Source: Octopus sinensis
Taxonomy: Eukaryota
Reading direction: 5' to 3'
NCBI RefSeq assembly: GCF_006345805.1
Contig: NC_043006.1
Location: 37,634,001-37,698,000, forward strand
Length of the DNA stretch: 64,000 nt
Part shown: one piece after another, positions 38,017 through 52,198 of the stretch
Numbering within the stretch: the first letter of the stretch is position 1
How the letters are laid out: each line of letters opens with the position of its first letter
Position numbers and translations under genes: made by a program
Notes under the pieces: model-generated
What the model was told of the DNA's origin: nothing
The model's database searches: none
What the model saw: the letters and a program-made list of their open reading frames with translations, nothing else

Positions 38017-38880
38017 CTTTCTCCTTCTATTCTTTCTCTCTTCCTTCTTTCTCTCTTCCTTCTTTCTCTCTTCCTTCTTTCTCTCTTCCTTCGTTCTCTC
38101 TTCCTTCGTTCTCTCTTCCTTCCTTCTCTCTCGCTTCTTTCTCTCTCGCTTCTTTTTCACTCTCTTTCTCTCTCTCTCCTTCTCTCTCTCTCCTTCTCTC
38201 TCTCTCCTTCTCTCTCTCTCCTTCTCTCTCTCTCATTCTCTCTCCCTCATTCTCTCTCTTTCTTTCTCTCTCTCTCTTTCTCTTTCTCTCTCTCTCCTTC
38301 TCTTTCTCTCTCCTTCTCTCTCTCTTCTTTCTCTCTCCTTTCTCTCTCTCTTCTTTTTTCTCTCTTTTTCTCTCTCTCTTCCTCTTTCTCTCTCTCTCTT
38401 CCTGTTTCTCTCTCTCTCTTCCTGTTCCTCTTTCTTCCTGTCTCTCTCTTCCTGTTCTTCTCTCTCTCTTCCACGTTCTCTCTCTATCACTCTCTCACTC
38501 TCTCTCTTTCTCTTCTTGTTTCTCTCTCTCTTCTTGTTTCTCTCTCTCTTCCTGTTCCTCTCTCTTCCTGTCTCTCTCTCTTCCTGTTTCTCTCTCTCTT
38601 CCTGTTCCTCTCTCTCTTCCTGTTCCTCTCTCTCTTCCTGTTCCTCTCTCTCTTCCTGTTCCTCTCTCTCTTCCTGTTCCTCTCTCTCTTCCTGTTCCTC
38701 TCTCTCTTCCTGTTTCTCTCTCTCTTCCTGTTCCTCTCTCTCTCCCTTCCACGTTCTCTCCCTCTCTCTCTTCCTCTTTCTCTATCTCTTCTTCTTTCTC
38801 TATCTTTTTTCTCTCTATTACGCTCTTCTTTGCCTTTCTATCAGTGTCTTCACACTTTCTGTTTCCTTTCTTCTTCATAT
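37943..38880. repeat. ~0.9-kb CT-rich tract with an 18-bp minisatellite (ttcctgttcctctctctc)n
   Basis: Directly visible. Confidence 0.95.
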
Positions 38881-39435
38881 TTCTATCAGCACAAACCCGC
38901 GAACGCTGTTCGCTGAAATTGTGCGAAAGATCATCGATTGACCAATGGCGTGTGAGTAAATTTGTAAGACGAAAACTGTATGGAAGCCCGTTGTACATGT
39001 GTGTGTTTTAGTGTTCGTGTTTGTCATACACTCCACCACTGCTTGCAACTTGGCAACTAATGTTGGTTTGTTTACGTTCCCATCACTTAGCGGTTCGGCA
39101 AAAGACACCGATAGAATAAGTAAACTTAAAACAAAAAACCCATAAGTACTGCTCACTATTTGTTCATTCAAATTTCTTCGAGGAAGTGTTCCAGCATGGC
39201 CGCAGTCCAGTGATTAAAACAAGAAAAATATATGAATGCTGGGATTGATATGATTGACTGAAGCCTTTGAGATGGTGCTCCAGTATGGCAGTTGATACAA
39301 GTGAACGAAAGAAGGAAATAATCTACTTCTCACCGAGAGGCCTAAGCACGTGTGCATTAAAAGCACATGCTCGTAAAGTTACCATACATCTCAATGGTTT
39401 TCCTTTTCTCATTCTCTCCCTCTGCCTCCCATGTA

Positions 39436-39480
<45 letters not shown>

Positions 39481-39507
39481 CCATGCAAGTATGCATATAT
39501 ATGCATA

Positions 39508-40045
39508 CCGTAAATCCTCGAGTATAGTCCGCCCTTGAGTATAATACGCAGAGTTTTAGGGGGCTGTACCACTGTAAAATCTAAACCTTGTGTATAATAC
39601 GCACCTCTTCTCTAACTTGAGTCGTGCATAATTAAACCAGTAGCACCTAGTCGAACAAACACTTCCACGCATGCGTAATACAATAATGGTGATGTTCAAT
39701 AATGGTGATGTTCAATAATGGTGATGTTATATGGGAATGTAAATATGTTTGCAAATTGTTTTTGTTACATGTTATTCTGTGTTCTGAATACTTTTATTTT
39801 AATAAATGTTGCTTACTGCAAGTTATGGATTATTCTTTTATGACTTCATTGCTTTCAGGCTTAGCTTAAGGTATTTTCGCACCCGGCATCACAAAATGCG
39901 TTTGAATAAACATTGCCGGACAGCAAATAGAGACTCGGACATTGCTTAGAAAATGTTTCATTTTTGACCTCGTATATAGTACGCACGAGGGATTTTGACC
40001 TTTAAATTTTGGGAAAAAATGCGGATTATACTCGAGGATTTAAGG
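39508..40045. mobile_element. pogo/Tigger-type MITE (538 bp)
   Basis: TA|ccgtaaatcctcgagtatagtccgc ... gcggattatactcgaggatttaagg|TA; internal 3 x 16-bp caataatggtgatgtt at 39681-39728. Confidence 0.88.
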
Positions 40046-40089
40046 TATTTGCATGTATGTACATATGTACACACACATACATTTATCTG

Positions 40090-40458
40090 TCGATGAGTGG
40101 TAAGAAGCTTGCTTCACAACCACATGGTTCCGGGTTCAGTACCACTGCGCAGCACCTTGGGCAAGTGTCTTCTAGTATAGCTTCGGGCCAAGCAAAGCCT
40201 TATGAATGGATTTGATAGGTGGAAACTGAAAGAAGCCTGTTGTATCTATGTGAGTGTGTGTGTGTGTGTCTGTGTTTGTCTCTCTCACCATCGCTAGATA
40301 ACCGACGTTTGTGTATTTATCTCCCCGTAATCTAGCGGTTCAGCAAAAGGGACCCAATAGAATAAGTACTAGGCTTACAAAGAATAAGTTCTGTGGTCAA
40401 TTTCTTCAACTAAAAAGCAGTGCTCCAGTATGGCCGCAGTCAAAATGACTGAAACAAA
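40090..40458 (+). mobile_element. SINE family A, near full length
   Basis: Head, (TG)n linker and 3' half. Confidence 0.87.
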
Positions 40459-40550
40459 AAAAAAATACATACACACACCCATAATGATATTATGTCACAA
40501 TCTACTGGCTGAAGCTAATAATAATCATATATGTATAAATACTATATGCA

Positions 40551-41433
40551 AAGGGTGCGATGGGTAAATTGTCGCCATTTTAGATTTTTTTATTTCGCGC
40601 ATATGCTTTGATTTTGATTTTGTCGACTACACAGTATAGCAGGGTCAGTTGGGTACCGTCTGTGAGAAAAACAGCACCATGACGCAATTCACTCTGCCAG
40701 AAATTTGGAAACGACAAGCTGTACTGCTTGGCATTCGCGCGGGAAACTCCAATACGAACATTTCGGTGTTAGGGTGTCAACCTGAGGACAGTGCAATCTG
40801 AGGACATGCACTGAGAGTGATAAAAATCAAACATCCAGTCAACATCAGTGTGTTTGGAGTGATCACTAGTGATGGCGACGTTGCGCCTCCATTCAACTTC
40901 CCACACCGCCTCAAACTCAATACAGAGGCCTATATCAAATGCCTGGAGGAGATGGTACTGCCCTGGGTCAAGAGGGTGGTTGCTGGAAGACCCTGTGTCT
41001 GGTGACAGGACTCTGCACCATACCACACAAGCAAGAGAACCCATTCATGGCTGTTAGACAATTTCTGTAACCACATCACCCCTAAAATCTGGCCATCTAA
41101 CTCCCTAGACTGCAATCCCCTTGATTATTAAATGTGGGGTGCAGTTGGGCAAGAGACCAACAAAACTCTTTGTAATACCAAAGATGAACTGAAGGAAAGG
41201 ATTAGGACAGAATTTGCCAACTTAAACAAGTAGACCGCCCAGAAGAGTTGTAGGAGATTCCGAAGTCGTCTGGAGGTCGTGGTTGAAGCTCATGGTAATT
41301 CTATTGAATAAATTTACTCTTTAGTATTTCAAGATATTTTAATGTAATTTTGGTAAACATATCTGTTAATGAGAGATGTCAGTGTTAATTTCATTTGTGC
41401 ATAATTCAGACGACAGTTTATTCACTGCAACCT
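40551..41433 (+). mobile_element. Internally deleted maT (DD37D) transposon
   Basis: KHPVNISVFGVITSDG...W*QDSAPYHTSKRT...WPSNSLDCNPLDY; I count 37 residues between the second and third D; degenerate TIRs gggtgcgatgggtaaattgtcgcc / gacgacagtttattcactgcaacc. Confidence 0.87.
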
Positions 41434-41475
41434 ATATGTATGTGTGTGTGTGGTGTGTGTGTGTGTGTGTGTGTG

Positions 41476-41533
<58 letters not shown>

Positions 41534-41859
41534 CATATATACACACACATGTACATACGCACAGACGTGTGTGTGTGTGTGTGGGTGCGTGCGCGCGTAC
41601 GTGTAAATTTTCGCACAATTTCTCTGTCGGCCATATTTCTGTGCTTGTCTGACTGACTGCCTGTTTACGTGGGTGGACTCTGTCACAGTTCCCTCTTTGT
41701 CTGTCATCTCTGTTTCATCGATCGATCAATCAATCCAGTGTAACTATATCGATCAGTCACTTATGTCTGTTAGTAGAATAGCTCATTTATAAATCATCCC
41801 GATTTGTCTGTTTCTCCCTCCCTCCCTTTCTCTTTCTGTGTATGTATATGCCTCTGTGT

Positions 41860-41893
<34 letters not shown>

Positions 41894-41965
41894 GTGCATT
41901 TAGTTTTTCTGTCCATTTGTGTATGCGTCTCACTTCCTTCAACGCACGCTCACTCACTTACTCTC

Positions 41966-42000
<35 letters not shown>

Positions 42001-42069
42001 CTCCCTCTCTCTTTCATTTTCTCTCACATATTACACGCGCACTTACAAATACTTATGTATATATATGTA

Positions 42070-42715
42070 AACACACGCACACACACACACACACATAAAC
42101 ACACAAACACATAAACACATAAACACGCACACACATAAACGCGCACACACATAAACGCGCACACACATAAACGCGCACACACATAAACGCGCACACACAT
42201 AAACGCGCACACACATAAACGCGCACACACATAAACGCGCACGCGCAAACGCGCACGCGCAAACGCGCACACACAAACGCGCACACACAAACGCGCACAC
42301 ACAAACGCACACAAACAAACGCACACACACATACACACACACGCACGCACACACAAACACACGCACACATACGCACTCGCACAAGCACGCACGCACACTC
42401 GCACAGTCACACACGCATACTCGCACTCTCTCACAAGCACACACGCACGCACACTCACGCACACTCGCATACACACTCACACACGCACATATACACTCTC
42501 ACATGCGCACTCTCTCACATGCACACACACACACTCGCACACACACACACTCGCACACACACACACTCGCACACACACTCGCACACACACACTCGCACAC
42601 ACACACTCGCACACACACACTCGCACACACACACTCGCACACACACTCTCACACTTACACACATTCTCACACACACTCTCACGCACACACTCACTCTCAC
42701 GCATACACTCGCGCG

Positions 42716-42771
<56 letters not shown>

Positions 42772-43010
42772 TACACACACTCGCACACTCGCACACACAC
42801 ACTCGCGCACACACTCGCGCACACACTCGCACACACACTCGCACACACGCACACACTCGCACACACTCACATACACACACTATCACACTCACTCTCATAC
42901 ACACTCTCACACTTACACACATTCTCACACACACTCTCACTCACACACTCACACTCTCACGCTCACTCACACTCTCACGCACACTCACTCACTCGCACAC
43001 ACACACACAT
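42070..43010. repeat. CA-derived minisatellites (acacataaacgcgcac)n and (acacactcgc)n
   Basis: Directly visible. Confidence 0.95.
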
Positions 43011-43183
43011 GCATTCAATGTCCATCTAAGTGAAACACCTTTGTTCTTTTCTCTCCCCATTTTATGTCTCCTCACCTTTTCTTTCTGTAGAAGAATTTTC
43101 GAAATGTAAGACTTTTCTATTTTTTTTTTTATTCTCATCTTCATATTTCATTTTTACTCTTGCACCATATGTATGTGTGTATG

Positions 43184-44425
43184 TATCGGGTTATCAAATA
43201 AATTCGTTGTTTTCTTATATTTATTTTAAGCCTTTTTCCCCTTCATCAACAGTTTTAACAAATCAGTCAACGACAAATTCTCCCTCATTGTTCACGAAAT
43301 CTTTTTAATTCTCCAGCATTTTGTCAAAGCCTTGACTTTAGAAATCACAGGTCTTGGCTCAACGATTTTATCGAGCCGCGTTTTCAACTACAAGTCGTTG
43401 TTGGACGAAACGCCTAGCAACTGCTGGAAAGTGACTGAAAAGATGATGATAACCTGAAGGCGTTATATCAAAAATATAAAGTACATGTGGAAGAACTTCC
43501 CGTCTGAACTCTTGAATAGCATTTTCTGGTCAATTAACAATGTTAGGTCAAGTATAGACGCATTAATGAGGCATGCCGTGTCGCCGGTCGAGTAGTTTCC
43601 GTTGGATTGCCTCGTTGCCGCATTTGCTGAACACAAAGCTCAGCATTGACCGTGTAATTGTTTTGAAGTATTTTGTAATGGTTTAGCCCTTCTCAACTTC
43701 ACCAAACGCAGATCATTGTCCTGTGTGGTCGTAGGTTTGGCATGGTATCTCGCTTGTCGGACCTCGGCCAGTCTTTCTTCTCTTTCATTTTGACCTAAAG
43801 ACACCATTTTTCAACGCCGGTGATGGTGCAATAAAAAAATCTGTGTCCACGCGTGGCCTGGTATCAAGTAAACAAACTGACTGATTCAGAGGAGCACTGG
43901 AGTTGGTTTCTTTCATTTAGACCATGTAGAACCCATGAACCGAATTTTCTTTTCCCATTGAATGCAGGTGACGGGTAATCCTACTCTCTGTAAAATGGAC
44001 TGGCGCCGATCTTCATGGATGAGCTTGTTCAATCGATTTTTATTGAACTGAATAGGTTAGTCGAAATGCGGAGAGTCGGTGAGGTCGAATTTTCTCTCAT
44101 AGAAGCGTGAAAACCATTTCTGTGCAGTTCTTTTAGTAATGGGGCCTTCCTTGTACATAGCGCAATCATCTCAAGTGGCTTTGGCAGCGTTGGAACATTG
44201 ACTGAAAAGCGAAGAAAAGAAGGCTTTGAAAATGTTCATTTTCGTTCTTCTTGGTACTTCATCATCATACGCCCGAAAGAAAGTAAAATTTATTCAAATT
44301 TCAAAAAGGAGGAGCAAGTTATTGAGAAAAAAATAGTTAAAGAAAAAAAAAGAGAAAAGTATAAAGCAGAACACAAAAAGCATTTTTCGGGTTAATTTAG
44401 AAAGAATTTATTATGTATTCAGATA
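43184..44425 (-). mobile_element. Decayed mariner, second family
   Basis: Minus-strand LLFFAF...NAAKAT...CAMYKEGPITKRTAQKWFSRF at the N-terminus and VNNEGEFVVD* at the C-terminus; left TIR tatcgggttatcaaataaattcg; right TIR poorly preserved. Confidence 0.8.
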
Positions 44426-44739
44426 AACGTTATCTTTCGGTATCTGTCAGCAATTATACGTCGTCCTGAGGTAAGAATCACTATTTGAGGACTGCCCAAT
44501 ACCTCGAAAACTTGAGCCAGTTAACTTTAGACTCAATTTATCCTGAATTCTTTCAAATATTCTTGATAATAACTTAAACAAAAACTGGTAGGTTTTAAAC
44601 TGCGGATAGAAAAGTCTCTCCGCAGTAAGTATTTTATTGCAAAATAAATATTGATAAGATGGTATAAGACTACAAAAGAATATATTCGACTTTACAAGTG
44701 TTTAAAAACTTTAGAAGAGGAGTTGAAAGTGTCGTCCTC

Positions 44740-45196
44740 CATTTTCAATACATAAAATTTAATTTCTTTTTTACTGCCGTGTCAGCACTTCCTTGGCTGA
44801 TTTGCATACGGACTTTGACGGGCTTGCCAACAATTTATCAGAAATATTGCCGGGTGTTTCGTCTGAAAGAACAGTAGGCCTACCTACTGCTTCTTGCTGA
44901 GTCTTCCACTGAGCGTGTGTTTCTAAATTTTCATATCAAATCCCGCACAGTGTCATGATGTGGAACAAACAGTATTTGGAAAAGTTTCACTGAACTTTTG
45001 TTTCACAGTATCTGTGTATTTGTTTCCAGCTCGAAACATCCATTCGACTAAAAACGCATGTTCTTCAATAGTTAGCATGTCGACACGCTGAAGGGTACAC
45101 AATAGCTGACACCCGGCCGTCCACGCAGTGATAGCCAAGTTGCGCATGCACAGAATGAAAACATTCACTGTAGAGAGACTTTTTGGACACACTATA
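44740..45196 (-). mobile_element. 5' fragment of a DUF4817-type Tc1-like transposon
   Basis: TIR-like tatagtgtgtccaaaa; MLTIEEHAFLVEWMFRAGNKYTDTVKQKFSETFPNT, then GRPTVLS...SPSKSV. Confidence 0.78.
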
Positions 45197-45895
45197 TAAA
45201 GATAACGTTCAAGTAAGCTTGTGAAGAAGCTTCTGCGATTCTTAAACTGGCAGAAATTTCCTCGTCCCTTACCGGTTGGGGACTAGGTATTTGGAAGAGA
45301 GTAATTTTCAAGATTACCCGGCGGTGAAAACTGAGGATTGCTGTTGGGAAATTGTTTTTAGCTTGAAAAATTGGCACCATTTTTGTTAAATAGATTTTCT
45401 TTATACACGACGCCCAGTCTCTAGAAATTCTAAGATCTTTGTAATTTTTAAATTTCATTTGTTTCAATCATTAGACTGAGGCCATGCTGGGGCACACAGC
45501 CTTGGATGATTTTAATCGAACGAATCGACCTCATGACTTTTTTCTTTTTTTAAAGCCTAGTGCATATTCTATCGGTCATCTAAGTTACGGGGCACCTAAA
45601 CACACACAAAAACCGATTGCTAAACGGTGATGTGGACAAACACACAAATACACACACACACATACACACACACACACACATACATATATGTGTGTGTGTG
45701 TGTGCATAGGCGCAAGAGTGACTGTGTGGTAAGAAGCTTGCTTCCCAACTACATGGTTCCGGGCTCAGTCCCACTGCATGATACCTTGGGCAAATGTCTT
45801 CTATAGCCTCGGGCCGACCAAAGCTTTGTGAGTGGATTTGGTAGACGGAAACTGAAAGAATCCCGTCGCATATATATATATATATATATATATAT

Positions 45896-46073
45896 ACTCT
45901 CTTTTACTCTCTTTTACTTGTTTCAGTCATTTAATCGAGCAAATCGACCCCGGGACTTATTCTTTGTAAGCCCAGTACTTATTCTATCGGTCTCTAAGTG
46001 ACGGGGACATAAACACACCAGCATCGGTTGTCAAGCAATGCTTGGGGGACAAACACAGACACAGACACACACA

Positions 46074-46113
<40 letters not shown>

Positions 46114-46275
46114 GACGGGCTTCTTTCAGTTTCCGTCTACCAAATCCACTCACAAGGCTTTGGTCGGCCCGGGGCTATAGTAGAAGACACTTGCCCAAGG
46201 TGCCACGCAGTGGGACTGAACCCCGAACCATGTGGCTGGTAAACAAGCTACTTACCACACAGCCACTCCTGCGCC
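45896..46275 (-). mobile_element. Full SINE family A
   Basis: Head at 46275, (TA)/(TG) linker, tail aaacaagtaaaagagtaaaagagta. Confidence 0.9.
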
Positions 46276-46315
46276 TATATATATATATATATATATAATA
46301 TATATATATTATATA

Positions 46316-46378
<63 letters not shown>

Positions 46379-46864
46379 GTGGTATGTATTTGTGTATCTC
46401 TTTGTACCCCCACCACCACCATCGCTTAGACCACAACTTGACAGCAACTGAAACCCCAATCTTATAGCTTTTAAATACGCTGGGAGATCCTCCATGCTCC
46501 GGTGATGGTCATTTGGGTGTTCTATTCGTGAAAATTTAAGTAAAAGAAACCTGCAGTTTTTAGGTCGTAATATATGACATTAGGCGACTTGGCTGAATAT
46601 TTCAGTTAAAAGTACAATCAAGAAAGAGAGAAAGTGGGGAGAGGAGAATTGACCTCAAAACTGTTAATTTATTTATCGCCCTCGAAACCATAAGAAGCAA
46701 GGTTAATCTCCGTGAGATTTGAAATCAAAGAGCCAGTATGAATATCACAGGCTATTCTAAAGTTGGCACCTAAGGACTTTAGCAGTTTACCGCATTTCCA
46801 TTACTGAGAGAAAAAGACGAAGTGTTTCCCAAACTGGGACGTGGTAATATTTTAATCGGGTAAA

Positions 46865-47170
46865 GGAAGCGAGCTGGCAGAAATGCTAGCACGCCGGGCG
46901 ACATGCTTAGCGGTATTCCTTGTTTGTCCCCTCTATGTTTAGCCCCTTGTGGGCAATAAAGAAATAAGAAACGTTAGCCCGCCGGGCGAAATGCTTAGCG
47001 GTATTTCGTCTGTCTTTACGTTCTGAGTTCAAATTCCGCTGAGGTCGACTTTGCCTTTCATCCTTTCGGAGTCGACAAATTAAGTACCAGTTGCGTACTG
47101 AGGTCGATCTCATCGACTGGCGCCCTCCCACCAAAATTTCAGGCCTTGTGCCTATTGTAGAAAAGAATAT
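46865..47170 (+). mobile_element. SINE family B dimer with alternative junction
   Basis: gggcaataaagaaata|agaaacgttagc at 46966/46967. Confidence 0.85.
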
Positions 47171-47481
47171 TTTAATTGGGCGAAGGCGGCGAGTTGGTAG
47201 TATCGTTTGCATGCCGGGCAAAAGGCTTCGCAACATTTCGTCCATATTCCGCTGAGGTCGACTTTGTCTTTCATCCTTTGTGGATCGATAAAATAAGTAC
47301 CAGTTGATTACTGAGGTAAATTAGATCTCCCCGAAATTACTGGCCTTGCGCCAAAATATGAACTCAATCATTATTACGCTACTGCATGCTAATTTAGTTA
47401 TCAGCTATTTTATCTTGATGCTTGGTGACTACACGTCTCCTCAAATCTCGAGAACCTTCCTTTGGATTCTCGCAGAATATA

Positions 47482-47646
47482 AGCGCAGGAGTGGCTGTGT
47501 GGTAAGAAGCTTGCTTCACAATCACATGGTTCCGGGTTCAGTTCAACTGCGTGGCATCTAGGACAAGTATCTTTTACTATAGTCTCGGGGCGACCAAAAC
47601 CTTGTGAGGATTTGGTAGACGGAAACTGAAAGAAGCCTGTCGTATG

Positions 47647-47718
<72 letters not shown>

Positions 47719-47930
47719 CGTGGGCGCGTGTCTGTGTTTGTCCCCCACCATCGCTTGACAACCGATGTTGGTATGGTTTACGTCCCCGTAACTTAGCGGC
47801 TCAGCATTAGAGACCAATAGAATAAGTACAATGCTTACAAAGAATAAGTCCTGAGTTCCATTAGTTCGACTAAAGACGGTGCTCCAGCATGGCCGCAGTC
47901 AAATGACTGAGACAAGTAAAAGAGTAAAGT
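47482..47930 (+). mobile_element. Full SINE family A
   Basis: Head, ~100-bp microsatellite linker, 3' half. Confidence 0.9.
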
Positions 47931-47944
47931 ATAATATAGGATGG

Positions 47945-48552
47945 TACTTTTCTGTATGTAGACAATGTGAGTTCAATTCCAGTTTTTTTCAGTCTTTTTT
48001 TTCTTTCTTTTGGGTGCCATTTTGAGTGTTATGCCAAGTGCACCAATTATTACAGAAATAATTGTTTTCTTTTGTTTTTTGTCCCCTGGTTGGATCTTGA
48101 TATTTCAAATTTTTTTTTTTCAATTTCACTGGTATCAAATCTGCTATCATAAGCGACTGCAAAGTCTATGATCTTACACTGTTTGTTTATTTTGTCCACC
48201 ATGGTCAGTTTTATAGTTCTCGTTTTCTATCACATTTTCTTCCGCATCCATACCACTTTTCTGTTGCTTTGAAGCTACACACTTTGCTAACATCCCAATG
48301 TTACTCTTTTGCTTACACGGTAATATCCGCGCTTATACTCCTTTTGCGCTAGTATGCTGCACCACTCACTGAAAAGGTGACTGACATTTTTGTTTCCTTT
48401 CTTGCAGATTCTACATTTGCTATCTAAGTTTTGCCTTTATGAGATTTGTTCTAAGAGCTTGTTCATGAGCAGTTGTAACTAGAGTTTCTGTCTCTTGTTT
48501 CAAGGTCCGTTCGTCAATCAGTCAGCGCTCTTTACCTCAAACATTTTCGGTT
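47945..48552 (-). mobile_element. Decayed R4/Dong-like RLE LINE fragment
   Basis: Minus-strand VSHLFSE.CSILAQKEYKR...CKIIDFAVAYDSR; 5' end abuts (TTA)n at ~48557. Confidence 0.78.
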
Positions 48553-49344
48553 CGTTGAATTATTATTATTATTATTATCATCATCATCATCAAGGTGGCG
48601 AGCTGGCAGAATCGTTAGCACGCCGTGCAGAATTCCTAGTGGCATTTCGTGCGCCTTTACGTTCAGAGTTCAAATTCCGCCATGGTCGCCTTTACCTTTT
48701 ATCCTGCAGGGGTCAATAAAATAAGTACCAGCTAAACTAGGGTTGATGCAATCGACTTATCCTACCGCCCACGCCCTCAAACTTGTTGGCCTTGTGCCAA
48801 AATTTGAAATCATCATCATTATTATTATTATTAAAAAGCGGGGCGCTGGCAAAATCGTTAACACGCTGGGCAAAATGCTTAGCAGCATTTCGTCCGTCAC
48901 TACGTTCTGATTCCTCCGAGGTCAACTTTTTTAATCATCCTTTCGGGGTAGATAAAATAAGTACCAGTTGATCTCTGCCCTTGTACCCAAATTTGGAGAT
49001 ATCATCATTTATTATTATTATAGGTCAGGTCATTTAAATACCTTGGAAGTACAGCAAACTTTAAAGGCACTCTTGGTGATGAAATCCATGTCAGAATATC
49101 TAAGGCTACGGGTGTTGTTGGAAAACTTTTCCATCTTTTATAGGATGAAAACGGTGTCAGTTTCAAAACTACAATAAGTGTAGACGAATCTTATATTTTG
49201 AACATAGGCGCAGGAGTGGCTGTGTGGTAAGTAGCACCTTGGGCAAGTGTCTTCTACTATAGCTTCGGGACGACCAAAGCCTTGTGAGTGGATTTGGTAG
49301 AGGGAAACTAAAAAATAAGCTCGTCGTATATATGTATATATATA

Positions 49345-49383
<39 letters not shown>

Positions 49384-50367
49384 CTCTGATCATGAGCAGT
49401 AGTGGGGTAGTATCATAGCCATGTGTTGAGAGGAATTCTTTGAGTTTGAATAATTCACCCGTGGAAACATTTCGTTCGTCATCCTGAAACAATCCTTATT
49501 CAGGGACATTTTGAGTACACATATCGTTAGCCACTAAGGGACATGCTCAGCTGGTAAACGTAAAGATAGACGAATTGCTGCTGAGCTAAGCTCTTTGGTT
49601 CGATCCTGTCACCGCCAATGAGCTGCGTTAGGGCCCAAGATACTCAGGTTCTAAATGGCCGAGTCCACTCAGCAACTGACCAGCATGTTGCAACAAAAAT
49701 AGTCCAGCTCCTTCCTCATCTTTCTCTCTCTCCCTCTGAATTGTCTTTCCTCTGATCAATGTACCGTGTTTATTTCTGACCAGCTCCTTATTCCTGCTGT
49801 GTCACACTTCCCCAGATCTATGACGAAAAACTTTTAGCCCAATCTCAACTTCCTTCGACCCCACTCCTGCAGGAACTCCCCATTTCCTGCAAAACACCGA
49901 GATCACTTCTATCCCTATTTCCACAATTTCTTCTGAACCACAATTACCTCCCCTACATATACCTCTCCTTATCTCCTATCACCATTCCTTTTACTCTTAT
50001 ATCATTTATTTCCTCCTTTGCCACAACTCCCTCTCCTCCTACCACAACCCGCTCTCCTCTTATCACACAACTCTTCTCCTACTACAACTACCACCCTGCT
50101 TCCCACTCCTTACATCTCAAACTCCCTCTCCGTCTCTTGCCTTATAGCATATACCTCCCTCTCATCATATTACTATCTTGCCCTTCTTATCACATCGCTC
50201 TCTCTTTCCTACATTACCCCTATCAAAATCTCTCACCCTTTCTCTCTCTCTCATTCTACAATGTTTCTCTCCTCTGTCTCTCTCCTTTATTCTCTCTCTC
50301 TCTCTGTTGCTATCTATCTACCTATCTATCTATCTGCATATTTATTTTCTCTCTCTCACTCTCTACG

Positions 50368-51175
50368 ACTGTCGGGCCGAGACCTATGGACAACTTCCAG
50401 AGATCCCTGGCCTGGCAGTGCTATCGTGAAGCGCCACCCGTTCGGGATAAACTCTACAGACATGGCTCGAGAAACACGGGGCCGACCTGCCCGAGATGCG
50501 GTCAGAGCGACGAAACCGCTCTGCACGTACTCGTACAGTGTCCAACCATCTCCGACCTGTGGGCCTATGTCGAACGACTGCTATCGCGTGTGGGACGAGT
50601 CAGTTTATGAACCGAGTCTATCGTGAATACTGTCGCGCCTCCTTCCTAGAAACGGGAAGGAAGAGCCATTTTCATTGTACTTATGGCTATGGCGAAAGAA
50701 TGTTATGGTGGACGCGTCTGAAAGGTCTAGCGACAAACACTTTCGTCTCTGGTGAATCTCTCAACTTCCTCAAGTATCACTTGAAGAGGAAGTTTTGTCT
50801 AGTGAATTTTTCACAAAAAGATGGGTGAATGTAGCAGGGATGGCACGTGTGAATGACGGAGCCACCTTGAGCATAAACCTATGAACCAGAAAAAGAAAGG
50901 AAAAAAGAGTCACTTATTGTAATGTGTTTTTTGCATGACATTATTGCCCGAGGTTACCGTAGTTTTTTTCCGTAAGCTTTTCTTTCCACGAATAATCCTA
51001 ATCTGTTTCCCTTTTTACATTATGACACTTGTGATACACGATCCCTAATGATCGGCTTCCTTTTTCTTTTTTCTTTCCGCGATCCCTTTTTTTTTCTTTC
51101 CTTCCCAAAAAGAAAAGCTCTACTTTGTATTTTGTCCACTCTGTGTTCAGCCCTATGTGGTCAATAGAGAAACAT
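50368..51175 (+). mobile_element. 3' end of a Tx1/L1-like LINE (zf-RVT-like region plus 3' UTR)
   Basis: MDNFQRSLAWQCYREAPPVRDKLYRHGSRNTGPTCPRCGQSDETALHVLVQCPTISDLW (CxxC..ET..H...C). Confidence 0.82.
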
Positions 51176-51684
51176 GTCTGTCTGTCTTTCTGTTTGTCTA
51201 TGTGTGTCTCTGTCTATCTGTCTGTTTGTCTGTCTGTCTGTTTGTGTGTCTGTCTGTCTGTCTATCTATTTGTGTGTCTGTCTGTCTGTCTAACATTTTC
51301 CCCTAATGTTTCTTCTTTCTCCTTGTCTCTCTTTGTCTCTTCCTCTTTATCTCTCCCTCTCTCCCCTCCTGCTTCCGTATTATATTTCTCTCTCTCTCTC
51401 CCTCCCTCCCTTTCTATCTACCTAATCCTTTCTCCCTTTCTGTCCTTATTTTCCTTCTCTCTCGCCCTATGCCTTTTACACTTTCTCTTTTACACCAAGA
51501 TCTCCCTGTCTCTATCTATCTCCTTACCTATCTATTTTTCTATCTATCTACATATTTACGTTTACCAATCAAATTATCTCTGTCCCCTCCATCCAGCTCA
51601 TTCACACACGCACACACACAAAAACAGTACAAAAACACACTTTTTCTCTCTCTCTTTCTTTCTTTCTTTCTCTCTCTCTTTCTT

Positions 51685-51733
<49 letters not shown>

Positions 51734-52143
51734 AACCCACCATCACCTCTTCTCACAGACGAAGCTATGACGTCAAACATTTGCTGACGTCACACATCTT
51801 GAGGCGAATGTCGGATATAGACTCAGTCGGATGGTGACCTGCATATGACTATCACGTGATCACATTTAGTGCTCCAGTGTGTGTGTATGTGCGTGCCTGT
51901 GTATCCGGCCATGCGGAGGGTATCCGTGATATAAAACGCTTTATGTTATGTCCCAGTGAGTTTAAATGTTACATACATTCATACTTACATATTCGCATAG
52001 ATAATTACATACATACACACATAACTGCTCTCTCTCTTTCTCTCTCACACACATATATTCATTTGAATGTATATGTATGTGTATTATATTGTACATATAT
52101 ACACACGTATAACAATATCTGTGTGTATGTATGCATATATAAA

Positions 52144-52198
<55 letters not shown>

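Noticed and set aside
39681-39728. Three 16-bp direct repeats (CRISPR-like at a glance)
   Set aside because: No spacers; a simple tandem repeat inside a MITE in a eukaryotic genome
46428-46530. Minus-strand frame EHPNDHHRSMEDLPAYLKAIRLGFQLLSSCG after a plausible acceptor
   Set aside because: No recognisable homology and no good donor site; bounded by SINE fragments
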